Of a DNA stretch of 64,000 nt, positions 30,396 through 43,869 are shown piece after piece. Under the pieces are notes generated by a model. The model made no database searches. It saw only the letters and a program-made list of their open reading frames with translations, and was not told the origin of the DNA. The stretch is from Eledone cirrhosa (lineage: Eukaryota): contig OZ024755.1 of NCBI GenBank assembly GCA_964016885.1, positions 10,168,001-10,232,000 on the forward strand, written 5' to 3'. The number at the start of each line of letters is the position of its first letter. Positions within the stretch are counted from its first letter, which is position 1. The position numbers and the translations under genes were made by a program.

Positions 30396-31023
30396 GTTAG
30401 GATGTTCAGCTCACTGTCTCAGTTGTTAGGATGTTCAGCTCACTGTCCCAGTTGTTAGGATGTTCAGTTCACTGTCTCAGTTGTTAGAATGTTCAGTTCA
30501 CTGTCTCAGTTGTTAGAATGTTCAGTTCACTGTCTCAGTTGTTAGAATGTTCAGTTCACTGTCTCAGTTGTTAGAATGTTCAGTTCACTGTCTCAGTTGT
30601 TAGAATGTTCAGTTCACTGTCTCAGTTGTTAGAATGTTCAGCTCACTGTCTCAGTTGTTAGAATGTTCAGCTCACTGTCCCAGTTGTTAGGATGTTCAGC
30701 TCACTGTCTCAGTTGTTAGAATGTTCAGTTCACTGTCTCAGTTGTTAGAATGTTCAGCTCACTGTCCCAGTTGTTAGGATGTTCAGCTCACTGTCCCAGA
30801 TGTTAGGATGTTCAGCTCACTGCCCCAGTTGTTAGAATGTTCAGCTCACTGTCTCAGTTGTTAGAATGTTCAGCTCACTGCCCCAGTTGTTAGAATGTTC
30901 AGCTCACTGTCTCAGTTGTTAGAATGTTCAGCTCACTGTCCCAGTTGTTAGGATTTTCAGCTCACTGTCTCAGTTGTTAGAATGTTCAGCTCACTGTCCC
31001 AGTTGTTAGGATGTTCAGCTCAC
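30396..31023. repeat. 29-bp minisatellite (about 21 copies) expanded within a SINE head
   Basis: Unit GTTAGRATGTTCAGYTCACTGTCYCAGTT. A SINE 5' sequence lies upstream and CCTTGACAAAGACAC downstream. Confidence 0.9.
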
Positions 31024-31208
31024 GCCCCCAATATCATAAGTCCAGTACTCAGTGTTGTGTTTTCTCCTTGACAAAGACACTATATTTCACGTTGTTCCAG
31101 TTCAATTAGGTGACAAAAAATGAATTTTACTTTGTAATTCAAACAGTCAGCATAGTCACAGAGTCTGGTATACTGAATCTCCCTGAAAACTAAATTTAAT
31201 GCCACACG

Positions 31209-31249
<41 letters not shown>

Positions 31250-31259
<10 letters not shown>

Positions 31260-31407
31260 CAGATTAAAGTTTAAGCAAAGAATCGCTGCTTTCACTCTTA
31301 ACGTGATCTCCTGAAACTAAATATTTGCTCTAGGGTTCTTATATATTTGATACATATTTATCCTTATCGAGCCCTCTTTGGATTTTAGTCTTCACATTTA
31401 TTATTAT

Positions 31408-31410
<3 letters not shown>
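31250..31410. mobile_element. Family B element: inverted variant hammerhead plus plus-strand tail
   Basis: Minus strand 31268-31318 reads AGTTT-CAGGAGA-stem II-GAAA-GCA..TGC-TT-AAACT. The plus-strand tail reads GCTC-TAGGG..CCTTA-TC-GAGC. Confidence 0.65.
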
Positions 31411-31464
<54 letters not shown>

Positions 31465-31864
31465 TGTGCGTGAGAGAGAGAGAATGTACGTTCATGCGAG
31501 TGAGTATTTGAGTATTAAAGCAGTGCTTTTGTGCAGATGTTTTGTTACTGGCGAATACAAAATTGTATAAGAAGCTAAAAGCTAAAATCTACGTTTGTCT
31601 TTGTCAATCAGCGAACACATAAACAGCTTCTTTCGTAAATAGAAACCTATATTTACTGTTCTCACCTAGTTTTTCTTTCATAAATAGAAAACATGTTATT
31701 TGAATTCATATATGTACATATATTCCTCGGTATGTATATGTGTCTGAGTGAAGATATGTTTGTGTATAAAGTAAATAAATATTTACCTATATTTATGTAT
31801 ATATATAAATATATATATGTATATAAATATATATATGTGTGTGTGTGTATATATATAAACGCAT

Positions 31865-31896
<32 letters not shown>

Positions 31897-32007
31897 GTAT
31901 GTATATATATATATATACATATTTATATAAACGCATACACACACACATAGATATATGTATATATATACATGCATATACACAGATACATAGATATATGCAA
32001 GAATTTA

Positions 32008-32045
<38 letters not shown>

Positions 32046-32737
32046 CGTATCTATTCCGAAACCTATCAATGGCATGGTTGTTCCCATCTTCTGTTAACAC
32101 CACCGCCATCGTCACAATCACCACCACCACCATCATCACTATCAGCACCATCACAATTATCACCATCACCACAACCAAGACCACCATCATCATCATCAGC
32201 AACACCACCACCACCACTGACATCACCATCACTTCCTCCACCGACACTAAGTCCACAACCACCATCACAAACACCACTACCACCACCATCACCACAACGA
32301 CGACGACCACCACCAACATCACCACCACCATCACGACGACGACCACCACCACCACCATCGCCATCACGACGACAACGACGGCGACCACCGCCACCGCTGC
32401 ATCATTAGATCTGTGTATCTGTGTATTCAACCTAGTTAGTACTACACATACACACATACACCCCCCCTCTCTCTCTTAAACACACATACACATATAATTC
32501 TTGCAACAATCATTGTTACTACATGAAGCCACCATTCTGCAGATTCACGTGCTCATTATCGATCCCAGGCACGTGATATATAATCATACAATAAATATAT
32601 AAATCATCAAATAAATATAAAAATCGGTCAAGACATGCAGAAAGTATTTTTTCGGTTTTGTTGTTGTTTTTATTGCTGCTTGTATATCTAAGTATGTATA
32701 TATAGAGAGAAAGAGAGTTAGTTCCACAACAAATTAG

Positions 32738-32803
<66 letters not shown>

Positions 32804-32817
32804 TATATATATAGTCA

Positions 32818-33215
32818 TATGATCTCATCTATCCCCAGGTATCTGTAGCAGTCCTCATCAGACATCGGTGAAACAGTTAGGCCATTGATGACAATGTTGC
32901 TAGATTGGGTTGTTGTTTTTCCCCGCTTTACAGTCATGTATGAGCATTTATCTTGGCCAAACTCCATTCCTATATCCTTTGAGAACGTTGTAACCAGGTC
33001 ACGATTTTTTTTCCTCCCATCCATGTTCTTGGCATAGAGTTTCAGATCGTCCACAAAGAAATTATGGGTTAGGTTCGTATTTCTGTCCTCCTGTGAGCCA
33101 ATGATGTATCCCTCACATTTCTTGAGCAGAAAGGACAAGGAGTTTAATGACAAGATGAATAATATCACAGAGAGACTGTCCCCTGAAATATACCCCTGCA
33201 ATATTTTATTTTATC
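32818..33215 (-). pseudogene. Non-LTR retrotransposon reverse transcriptase fragment, R4/Dong-like
   Basis: Motifs GDSLS.ILF, LTHNFFVDDLKLYA, FSKDIGMEFGQDKC and YRYLG (RT domains 4-7). Frameshifted near the QGD motif and truncated. Confidence 0.85.
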
Positions 33216-33319
33216 AGTGAAAATAGAGTCCCCCCTCTCTGTCTTTAACCTTAGGATAGTAGCCCATGAAGAAGACAGCCTCTCTATGTATGTATGTATG
33301 TATGTATGTATGTATGTAT

Positions 33320-33930
33320 GTCAGTCAGGTCACCAGTTGGTGCTACTGGTAACATGTAACCCAGTACAACCTGTCTCATGGTCGGGTCGTTGGCGACTAA
33401 ACTGGCAACCCCACCAAGGTTTCTTGGTGAGTGGGGTGACTTTGGACATCCTGCAGGACTAAAAACAAAACCTGTCAAAGGGCAAAGGAGCTCTTAAGAG
33501 TCAATGGCTATCCAAAATCACCGGGAGAGATGACCCCTTAGCCTTTGTCAAGGCAGAATTCTAGGAGAAGGAAAACTCTGATATAACACCTGCAACCCTG
33601 ATGGTATCCAATGATGTTGACTTGTTCTTCCTTTTGGTAAATATCATCTTGGTTAAGAGAGTGGGACTGGCTTTGTACAGTGCCTTTGCTCACTATAAAA
33701 GCTTCACGGCACAGGCATTGCTTTATATCTGGAGATCTCTCTGCACTTGTCGTCACATGGTACCATGGGCCCAGCACTATGTGTCAATAATTGTCACAAG
33801 TGTAGTGTTTGTGCCAGAGTTTTCAAGTCGCTGGCTGGACTAAAAAGTCACACTCGTTCAGCGCATCGGTAGTTCTCCTACATGGATATAAAGTAGTGGC
33901 CGTACTCGAAAACGAGTTGGCAGCCACCAT
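33320..33930 (+). mobile_element. Probable LINE 5' UTR / retro-derived fragment
   Basis: GC-richer island between (ATGT)n tracts, with GGAGAAGGAAAACTCTGA resembling RTE-type leaders. Confidence 0.3.
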
Positions 33931-34391
33931 GTATGTATGTTTGTGTGTGTGTGTGTATGTGTGTATGTGTGTATGTATGTGGGTGTGTATGTATGTATGT
34001 ATGTGTGTGTGTATGTGTGTATGTGTGAATGTGTGTATGTATGTATGTATGTGTGTGTTTATGTGTGTATGTACGTATGTATGTATTTACCGAGTGATTG
34101 ATCGGTTACTCAGATCAGTATATGGTTACACGTGGTGTAGGAAGGGTGTAGTCAATCGAATCAGCTGGATCGATACATCCAGGATATGACTATTATATCA
34201 TCGATCCCAGATGAAAGGGAATATGAACATTTTTGGGATTTAAACTGTAATTAATTACAAATAAGGCCTATTACATGTTTGTAAAGCGTAAATATAAACT
34301 GAAATATATATCCTGGATTAAGGTTATGTTCAGCCGGACTATTGGTTGACTGTCATTGGTCAGGAAATAGATAGGATATCATTTTAGTTAT

Positions 34392-35219
34392 TATGTTAGT
34401 TCCGTAGGTAACTGCAAAGACGGCGCAAAGTGACGATTTAACGCACTTCAGAAGCGTAACAGTAGTAGTTAACCATAGGGGGGGGGGGGGGTCATCTGAT
34501 GAGCTGTGTCGCTAAGCAAATAAGCAGCGAAACTGTTAATCGCTAATGACTCTGTTGGCTTTCTGCATCCTGACATTCTAAGAGTAAGCGCACACCACAC
34601 GTGGGTTGCTTTGTGTAAGTTAGTAAGCTCAAGACTTGGAGTTTAAGTGTTAAGAAATGGAATTGTTTAGATATAGTACTTTAACATAAAGACATTAAAC
34701 ATGGGTTTTATTGAAAATCCAATGTGGGCTTGCCGAGTAGTGTTAAGGGTGCAAGCAAAAAGTCTGTTGTTTAAGTGAAAAGTTACTTACGTTTAAAAGG
34801 ACAATTCGTGTAATGTAAATTCAATAGGGAACGCACGCGTTTATATATCAAGAATAATCTTGCCACGATCCGACACCTCAAAATATTAAGAAAATAAACT
34901 TTCCTCTCAAAGACAGCATGTTACAATTAACACGCCGGAAGTACGAATTTGTTGCCTCGTTCTGGAGGACTGAGTTGTGGGAGGAGGAAGGGGAATAGTG
35001 GGAGGAAGGGTTTAACATACAGTCTTCTCTTTCCTCCTCCATTGTAAAGATGTCCCCAGGGGTTCCATTATTGATTTTTATTGAAATCCAATTAGCCAGT
35101 CCTGTTTCTAAATATTAGCTTAATATGTGTGTAAAGTTTCATCGGGATCGGATCACTGGTGTGCCAACTGGTTATACACAGATACACAGACAGACAGAAA
35201 TTGCCATTTATATAGTAGA
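34392..35219 (-). mobile_element. Non-autonomous Helitron-like copy
   Basis: Homologous to 2745-3330, with a ~280-bp extra internal segment. The minus-strand terminus A|TCTACTATATAAATGGC is a canonical Helitron TC start after a host A. Confidence 0.65.
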
Positions 35220-35499
35220 TTTACACGATGACAAACACACGTGTGAGTATATGTTGGACGTCGGTTGATTCCGGTGAGTGTGCCAGTTGTTTGAACAACG
35301 GAATAGCCTTCTCGCTAAATATAACATGTAAGTGACTGAGTATTCCTCAGAGAGGGAGATTTAATGTTACACAGAGTGTGACAAAGCCGGTCTTTTGAAT
35401 GACAACCGAGTTGACTGTAGCAGGGTAAAATACAAGAGTCGTCTGAAACGTTTATAGGCTGACCAAGATATTTAATTTAATTATACAAATTTAACACAC

Positions 35500-35815
35500 T
35501 TCACGTTCTGAGATCAAATCCCGCCGAGGTTTGATTTGTCTTTTATCCTTACTGGGGTCGATTTAATCAACTTACCCCCTCCACACAAAATTGTAGGCTT
35601 TGTGCCTAAATCCGAAACCATTATTGATACTTTGCAGTATCGATAGAGGGTCGGACACCATGCTTTGACGCATAGAATTACGGCCCTTGCCATTCTGAGT
35701 TCAAATCCCGTCGAGGTTAACTTTGCCTTTCATCCTTACAGGATCGATAAAATAAAGTACCAGTAATGCACTGGGTAACTGCTCGCCTTGTGCCAAAAGT
35801 AGAAACAATTATTGA
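35500..35815 (+). mobile_element. Tandem family 1 SINE copies
   Basis: Family 1 motifs repeated twice. Confidence 0.65.
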
Positions 35816-35940
35816 TACTTTATATTAGTTGCCACTCTTCCCACAGATTTATCCCCTTATCAGATGACTGGGACTGGGATTTGAACTCAGAACATCCAGA
35901 GCTGGAACAGATATCGCAAAACATCTCAGTTAATTCTGTA

Positions 35941-38310
35941 ACAATCTCGTCAGTTCAGCGCCCCTCCTCCCGCCTCTGGGTTGGTACTTTATTTATCGAC
36001 CTCATGAAGGACAATAGACAATCTCGTCAGTTCAGCGCCCCTCCTCCCGCCTCTGGATTGGTACTTTATTTATCGACCTCATGAAGGACAATAGACAATC
36101 TCGTCAGTTCAGCGCCCCTCCTCCCACCTCTGGGTTGGTACTTTATTTATCGACCTCATGAAGGACAATAGACAATCTCGTCAGTTCAGCGCCCCTCCTC
36201 CCGCCTCTGGGTTGGTACTTTATTTATCGACCTCATGAAGGACAATAGACAATCTCGTCAGTTCAGCGCCGCTCCTCCCACCTCTGGGTTGGTACTTTAT
36301 TTATCGACCTCATGAAGGACAATAGACAATCTCGTCAGTTCAGCGCCCCTCCTCCCGCCTCTGGGTTGGTACTTTATTTATCGACCTCATGAAGGACAAT
36401 AGACAATCTCGTCAGTTCAGCGCCCCTCCTCCCACTTCTGGGTTGGTACTTTATTTATCGACCTCATGAAGGACAATAGACAATCTCGTCAGTTCAGCGC
36501 CGCTCCTCCCACCTCTGGGTTGGTACTTTATTTATCGACCTCATGAAGAACAATAGACAATCTCGTCAGTTCAGCGCCTCTCCTCCCGCCTCTGGGTTGG
36601 TACTTTATTTATCGACCTCATGAAGGACAATAGACAATCTCGTCAGTTCAGCGCCCCTCCTCCCGCCTCTGGGTTGGTACTTTATTTATCGACCTCATGA
36701 AGGACAATAGACAATCTCGTCAGTTCAGCGCCCCTCCTCCCGCCTCTGGGTTGGTACTTTATTTATCGACCTCATGAAGGACAATAGACAATCTCGTCAG
36801 TTCAGCGCCCCTCCTCCCGCCTCTGGTTTGGTACTTTATTTATCGACCTCATGAAGGACAATAGACAATCTCGTCAGTTCAGCGCCCCTCCTCCCGCCTC
36901 TGGGTTGGTACTTTATTTATCGACCTCATGAAGGACAATAGACAATCTCGTCAGTTCAGCGCCCCTCCTCCCGCCTCTGGGTTGGTACTTTATTTATCGA
37001 CCTCATGAAGGACAATAGACAATCTCGTCAGTTCAGCGCCCCTCCTCCCGCCTCTGGGTTGGTACTTTATTTATCGACCTCATGAAGGACAATAGACAAT
37101 CTCGTCAGTTCAGCGCCCCTCCTCCCGCCTCTGGGTTGGTACTTTATTTATCGACCTCATGAAGGACAATAGACAATCTCGTCAGTTCAGCGCCCCTCCT
37201 CCCGCCTCTGGGTTGGTACTTTATTTATCGACCTCATGAAGGACAATAGACAATCTCGTCAGTTCAGCGCCCCTCCTCCCGCCTCTGGATTGGTACTTTA
37301 TTTATCGACCTCATGAAGGACAATAGACAATCTCGTCAGTTCAGCGCCCCTCCTCCCACCTCTGGGTTGGTACTTTATTTATCGACCTCATGAAGGACAA
37401 TAGACAATCTCGTCAGTTCAGCGCCCCTCCTCCCGCCTCTGGGTTGGTACTTTATTTATCGACCTCATGAAGGACAATAGACAATCTCGTCAGTTCAGCG
37501 CCGCTCCTCCCACCTCTGGGTTGGTACTTTATTTATCGACCTCATGAAGGACAATAGACAATCTCGTCAGTTCAGCGCCCCTCCTCCCGCCTCTGGGTTG
37601 GTACTTTATTTATCGACCTCATGAAGGACAATAGACAATCTCGTCAGTTCAGCGCCCCTCCTCCCACTTCTGGGTTGGTACTTTATTTATCGACCTCATG
37701 AAGGACAATAGACAATCTCGTCAGTTCAGCGCCGCTCCTCCCACCTCTGGGTTGGTACTTTATTTATCGACCTCATGAAGGACAATAGACAATCTCGTCA
37801 GTTCAGCGCCTCTCCTCCCGCCTCTGGGTTGGTACTTTATTTATCGACCTCATGAAGGACAATAGACAATCTCGTCAGTTCAGCGCCCCTCCTCCCGCCT
37901 CTGGGTTGGTACTTTATTTATCGACCTCATGAAGGACAATAGACAATCTCGTCAGTTCAGCGCCCCTCCTCCCGCCTCTGGGTTGGTACTTTATTTATCG
38001 ACCTCATGAAGGACAATAGACAATCTCGTCAGTTCAGCGCCCCTCCTCCCGCCTCTGGTTTGGTACTTTATTTATCGACCTCATGAAGGACAATAGACAA
38101 TCTCGTCAGTTCAGCGCCCCTCCTCCCGCCTCTGGGTTGGTACTTTATTTATCGACCTCATGAAGGACAATAGACAATCTCGTCAGTTCAGCGCCCCTCC
38201 TCCCGCCTCTGGGTTGGTACTTTATTTATCGACCTCATGAAGGACAATAGACAATCTCGTCAGTTCAGCGCCCCTCCTCCCGCCTCTGGGTTGGTACTTT
38301 ATTTATCGAC
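35941..38310. repeat. 77-bp satellite, about 31 copies, SINE-derived
   Basis: Unit ACAATCTCGTCAGTTCAGCGCCCCTCCTCCCGCCTCTGGGTTGGTACTTTATTTATCGACCTCATGAAGGACAATAG, which contains the family 1 SINE motif in minus orientation. Confidence 0.95.
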
Positions 38311-39974
38311 CCCCTGAAGGATGATAGGCTAAGTTGGTCACGCCTTGATTTGAACTCTAGCAACTGAGGACCAGAGTCTCAACTACAATATTCTAACGAC
38401 TCTGAACATTCGCCCCCTCCTCCACCCTCTTCGGCTCCGATCTCTAAATGACATCATTATGACTATCATAGACACCGTCATCATCATCATTAATCATCAT
38501 CATCGTCGTCATCATCATCATCGTCGTCATCATCTTCATTATAATCATCATCATCACCACTTCCACCACCACCACCACTATTACTACCATCTTAAACACT
38601 GGCGCCGGTGATGACGAAAGCACCTTGATTATCATATTCCATTCATATCGTTATCGTCATCATCATCATCATCATCATCGTGATAGTTATCGCCATTGCT
38701 AAGCTCATTCTTATCGTCTTCGCAATCACCATTGTCCTCGTCACCGTAAATACCACCACCACCACCACCACCATCACCACCACCATCAACAATATTACAC
38801 CAATATTACCACCACTGTTACAGTACCACTACTCCACCACCACCACCACCATCCCTTCATCACCAACACCACTGTTACACCAACATTACCAGCAGTAGCA
38901 GCAGCAGCAGCAGCACCACCACCACCAGCAGCAGCAGCAGCACCACCACCACCACCACCACCACGACCAGCACCACAGAGTTTATTAAAATGATGTTACT
39001 ATCGTTCACATTTCGTGCTGCTGTGTTGGTTGTTGTTGTTGTTGTCACTAACACTACTGCAGCTGTTATTGTTGCTGCTGTTGTTGTTGTTGATACTGCT
39101 GCTGTTGTTGATACCGATATGATGTCACTACTGCTGATGTTGCTGCCGTTACTACTTAGTACTGCTGTTCTCACTGCTGCTGTAGCTACTATTACTGCTT
39201 AGTACTGCTGTTGCTTTCTACTACTAATACTGCTACTGCTGCTGTTACTGCTGCTGCTGTTACTGCTGCTGTTGCTACTGCTGCCGTTGATCACTGTTGA
39301 TATCATATTACAGTCATTCATAATAATACATAATTATTGATATTCCAAGTACTGCTGTACTTGCTGTTACTGTTGAACTTCAAATCCCGGCGAGGTCGTC
39401 TTTGCCTTTCATACTTCAAAATAATCGACTTCCGGTGTCGATAAAATAAAGTATCAGTAAAATATTAGGGTCGAATTAATCGGATTCCCTTTCCCCCCAA
39501 ATTGCTGGCATTGTGCCTAAATAAGAGATTATTATTGAAAACACGTGGCCCAGTCGTTAGGATGTTAGACTAAAGATTGCGGGTTTGGGTTCTTAACTGA
39601 GCAGCGCATTGTGTTTTTGAGCAAGAAACTTCCTTTCATGTTGGTTTTCTATAATAGGGCTCGGCCCCTTATATTTAAAACATCCGAGAAACTTCACTCG
39701 AGTTGCGATGTGTTGATAACATTCTAGACCCCCAAGAAACAAATGCTCCCAAGATACACAACCATAACGTATATTGAGGTTTCAGGTCTTGTAGGCCCCC
39801 GGGGAAAGTAATGTACTGGGGTACCCTAGATAATGCATAACATAGATTAGAATTGGGCTCCTAGGCTTGATGGGTTCCCAGATGAAGCAACCAAGCTGAA
39901 ACTTTGAAGTCACTGCCACTTTTCAACATATACATACATAAGTACATACATACATAAATATCTACAGACATATA

Positions 39975-40172
39975 CGAAGGTCGGCTTAAAAGTTCATAAG
40001 CTGACTGGGAAGGAGTGATGCTAGAGCTATGAAATCTTGCATGCATTCATTTCAACTCTTCTTATTAATAACTGTTTTGTTTCTTTTCAGTGATTATGTT
40101 GAAAAATAAATCTCATTTGGTCATTCCATGAGAGTATCTTGGTCAGCCAACGAACTTTTCAGCTGACCCTCA
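39975..40172. mobile_element. Mariner-like MITE
   Basis: TA|CGAAGGTCGGCTTAAAAGTTC ... GAACTTTTCAGCTGACCCTCA|TA, with TA target duplication. A related single end lies at ~35431-35470. Confidence 0.7.
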
Positions 40173-40673
40173 TACATCAAGGACTACATTATCAAATGTG
40201 TCCTTCATTTATCATCAGTGTGTGTGATTTTGGGAATATTAGGCTGCTATTTCTAGTAAATTGAGCGACCACCTAGTGGTTTCATTAATGGTTCTTGTTT
40301 TTGATGTTGCTGTGTTTGGTGTGATTGTTGTTGATTAATGTGTTGGTGCTGCTGATGTTGTTACTGTTGCTGAGTTTCCTGCTGTTGCTGTGGTTCCTAG
40401 CGCTGTTACTGCTGCTGTTGTGGTTATTATTGCTGCTACATTACCAGTGAATAGCGGATGTCTTGTTTGATGTTATTATTACCACAGTGATGCAGCTGTT
40501 ATTGCTGCTGCTATTGCTACTGTTGCTGCTGCTATTGATACTATTGCTGCTGCTGTTGGTGGTGGTGGTGGTGACGTTATCACTTCCGTTGCTGGGAGTT
40601 AATGGTGTTACAGATATAGTTAGTTCTTTGCTGTTAGTGTACATGTACTTACTATTATAATTGTTGCTGAAGT

Positions 40674-40725
<52 letters not shown>

Positions 40726-40756
40726 ACTACAACTGCTGCTACTACTACTACTACAG

Positions 40757-41065
40757 GCATGTAGCTTAGTGGTTGGGGGGGGGGGGGTGTTCGGAGAGAT
40801 CGATTCCCGGTGGTGCAGTGAGTGAGTCCTTGAGCAAGACATTTTATTTCACGTTGCTCCAGTCCACTCACCTGACAAAAATGGACCGTACCTGTAATTC
40901 AGGAGTCCAGCTTTGTTACACACTGTGCTACTCTGAATTGTCCCAAGAATTACGTTAGGGTTGCACTTGTCTGTGGAATACTCAGCCACTTGCACGTTAT
41001 TTAGACGAGCTAGCTGTCCCGTTGTTCATACAACTAGAATATTCTTCGTCGGAACTGGTGGAGGT
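40757..41065 (+). mobile_element. Family 2 SINE
   Basis: GCTTAGTGGTT..TCGATTCCCGG..CCTTGAGCAAGACA..GTACCTGTAATTC body. Confidence 0.65.
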
Positions 41066-41579
41066 CCAAAAACAATGATAGCAGCAACAGTCGTAGTAGT
41101 AGTAGTAGTAGTAGTAGTACTAGTAGAAGAAGAACAAGAAAAAGAAGAAGCAGTTGTAGTAGGAATAATTGTAGTAGTAGTAATATCAGTATTAGAAGTA
41201 GTAGTAGTAGTAGAAGGAATAGTAGTAGTAGTAGTAATGGTAATAGTAGTAGAAGGAATAGTAGTAGTAGTAGTAATAGTAGTAGTAGTAGTGGTAGTAG
41301 CTGTAGTAGTAGTAGTAGTAGAGGTGGTGGTAGCAGCAGTAGCAGCAGCAGTAGTAGTAGTAGCAGGAGCAGCAGCAGCTAGTCAATCACATTTCCCAGC
41401 AGTCGCTGATTGACCAAACAACTGTATCTATTTCACAACCAATTTACACTGCATCAGTTTTAAAACATCCATCGGCATCACCAAAATATCTCCCCATAAA
41501 CCATAATCTGTCATTACCACCACCACCACGGCAACATCATCACCACCACCATCATAACCATATATATATATATATATTA

Positions 41580-41692
41580 AAGCGTCAGGGCCCGACGGCT
41601 GAACTCTTGCCGTTTCGATAGCAAATTATGGTCTGGAATATATTCACATTCTACTATTCCAAGTTTCGAATACTCTGCTGGATAAAGGCCTA
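41580..41692. mobile_element. Diverged family A mini element
   Basis: Minus strand GAAAC-GGC-N9-GCC-GTC-GGGCCC. Plus-strand tail ATTC-TAC..GTT-TC-GAAT. Confidence 0.55.
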
Positions 41693-41751
41693 ACTACTAC
41701 TACTACTACTACTACTAGTAGTAGTAGTAGTAGTAGTAGTAGTGCCAGCAG

Positions 41752-41827
<76 letters not shown>

Positions 41828-41869
41828 TTCAAAATATTAACAAAAATAGAACTTCATTGTGATCAAATA

Positions 41870-41936
41870 TATTTTATTATACATATTTCAGAGGTACTGA
41901 GCTAACTTCAACAGTACGTCCTCATCAGATAAAATA
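41870..41936 (-). ncRNA. Type I hammerhead ribozyme (minimal stem III)
   Basis: Minus strand: TATTTTAT-CTGATGA-GGAC-GTACTG..CAGTAC-CTCT-GAAA-T-ATGT-ATA-ATAAAATA. Stem I is 8 bp and perfect; cleavage triplet AUA. Confidence 0.8.
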
Positions 41937-43826
41937 AGATGATGCATGACATACCCTGACATAGTAGATGGTTAAGATCCAGTCATCGTAGTGAGTAAGA
42001 TATGATAAAACTCAATATTTATATACCTTAAGATTGATACATGAAAAAACTTACATATAATACATATAATACAGAGGGTGCGTGTAAGAAAGCTTAAACA
42101 TACATAACAGTAATTTACATAACTGTTAGAGACTCAAATAATTATTGAAGAAAGAGGAAAGAAAAAGGACAGAGAGAAAACATATGAGGGGAAAATATAG
42201 CTAGAAGGGGTATAGAGAGCAAAGGAGTATTGATCAAGGAAAGGGAGACAAAGAGGAATAATTATAATTATAGGGAGGGATGTATAGTTATGTATGATAT
42301 ATATCCATACATAACTATACAATTGGGCATAGCTATGCGATAGAGTAAACTCGAATCATTGAATTATTGAATTATCTAGAAATATTCATCAATCTAAATC
42401 CTAAATATAACTGGGTGTAATCAATAAAGGTTAATTTCCTCAGTTAATTAGTTATATATACTATCCAAATGTGTCCGATTGACCGTTAACTTTCAAATCA
42501 TTTAAGTTAGTTCAGAGTAATGAATTAATTAAATATTACTATTAAAGTATACTATCATATTTAATTTATAAAATCATATTTTATGAATTCATATTTAAAC
42601 TATTTGCAAACATGAGAGAGAAAACATGCTATTTTCCATCCTCTGGAATGTAAATCTTAATAATTTTATTATAATTATTTATATTATATTGAAGATATAA
42701 TTTAAAAAAATTCAGATTAACTATTAGAGTGCCTTAAAGCATCAACAGGCCTTATAATTAAACTTAAAAAAGTTTATTATTCATTTGTCTAAATATAGAC
42801 AAAGATTATATTGTCTAAAGATTAAGATGATACCTATCATTTATATATAACATAATATAATACAATAAATAAGTTACTGATAATATTGTTAGAAATTAAG
42901 GTTTTAGATCAATTATTATAAATATACTATAAATATACGAGTCAAACTTCTTGAATGATACGAATAAGAATCTGATTCAAAGTAAAAAAATGAATTGTCT
43001 GCGATCTTAGATTTTCTTTATAAATTTATATAGTAGTATAATGTGTCTGCAAACATGAGAAAGAGAAAGCCTAAGGATTTCATTGACCCGAAGGTAAGCC
43101 AAATTTAATTAAATTAAATTAAATAATAATCGTTATATAACTTATATAACACTAGAAAATCATTAAAGTATCTAAAGTACTTATCAATAATAATCGTTAT
43201 ATAACTTAGAGAGTTTAGAAAATATTTAGAAAATATTTAACGATTATAACACTAGAAAGTCATTAAAGTATCTAAAGTACTTATAAATGTAACTAGAAGC
43301 ATGTTATTATACTAGATATACGGATTTGTTCAAATATAAATGGAGTATTCTAGATATTAGTGATCGATATACATATAATAAATAAACAGTACAATCATTG
43401 TTAGTAATGTTATAATTGAAGTTTTACATCAAGATAAGTGGAAAAAAAAAAATCTATTGTAAAACTAATTCTTTGATTTATTCATTGAACCTTGTTTAAC
43501 CTTTATATATATATATATATGTAAAAGGTAAACAAAACAACACAATCGGTACAGTATATGGAAGGGATATATTAGGTTAACGCTTGATATAGCAATATAT
43601 AAGTACGATTTCCACAAGCAGTTCAGATTTTTTTCCTTCCAATTTCTCGAGTAGAAAGTATTAAGTTTATTGTAAAACATCTTAACAATTTCTTGTTTTA
43701 TCACAGAATTTAAAGTCAAAATCTACTTGCACTATAGCTATGAATAAAACGGCAACAACAACAACGATAATATACTTTACAGACACCAGATATATGTAAA
43801 GCTAAATATTAACTATTTATTTCTAT

Positions 43827-43869
<43 letters not shown>

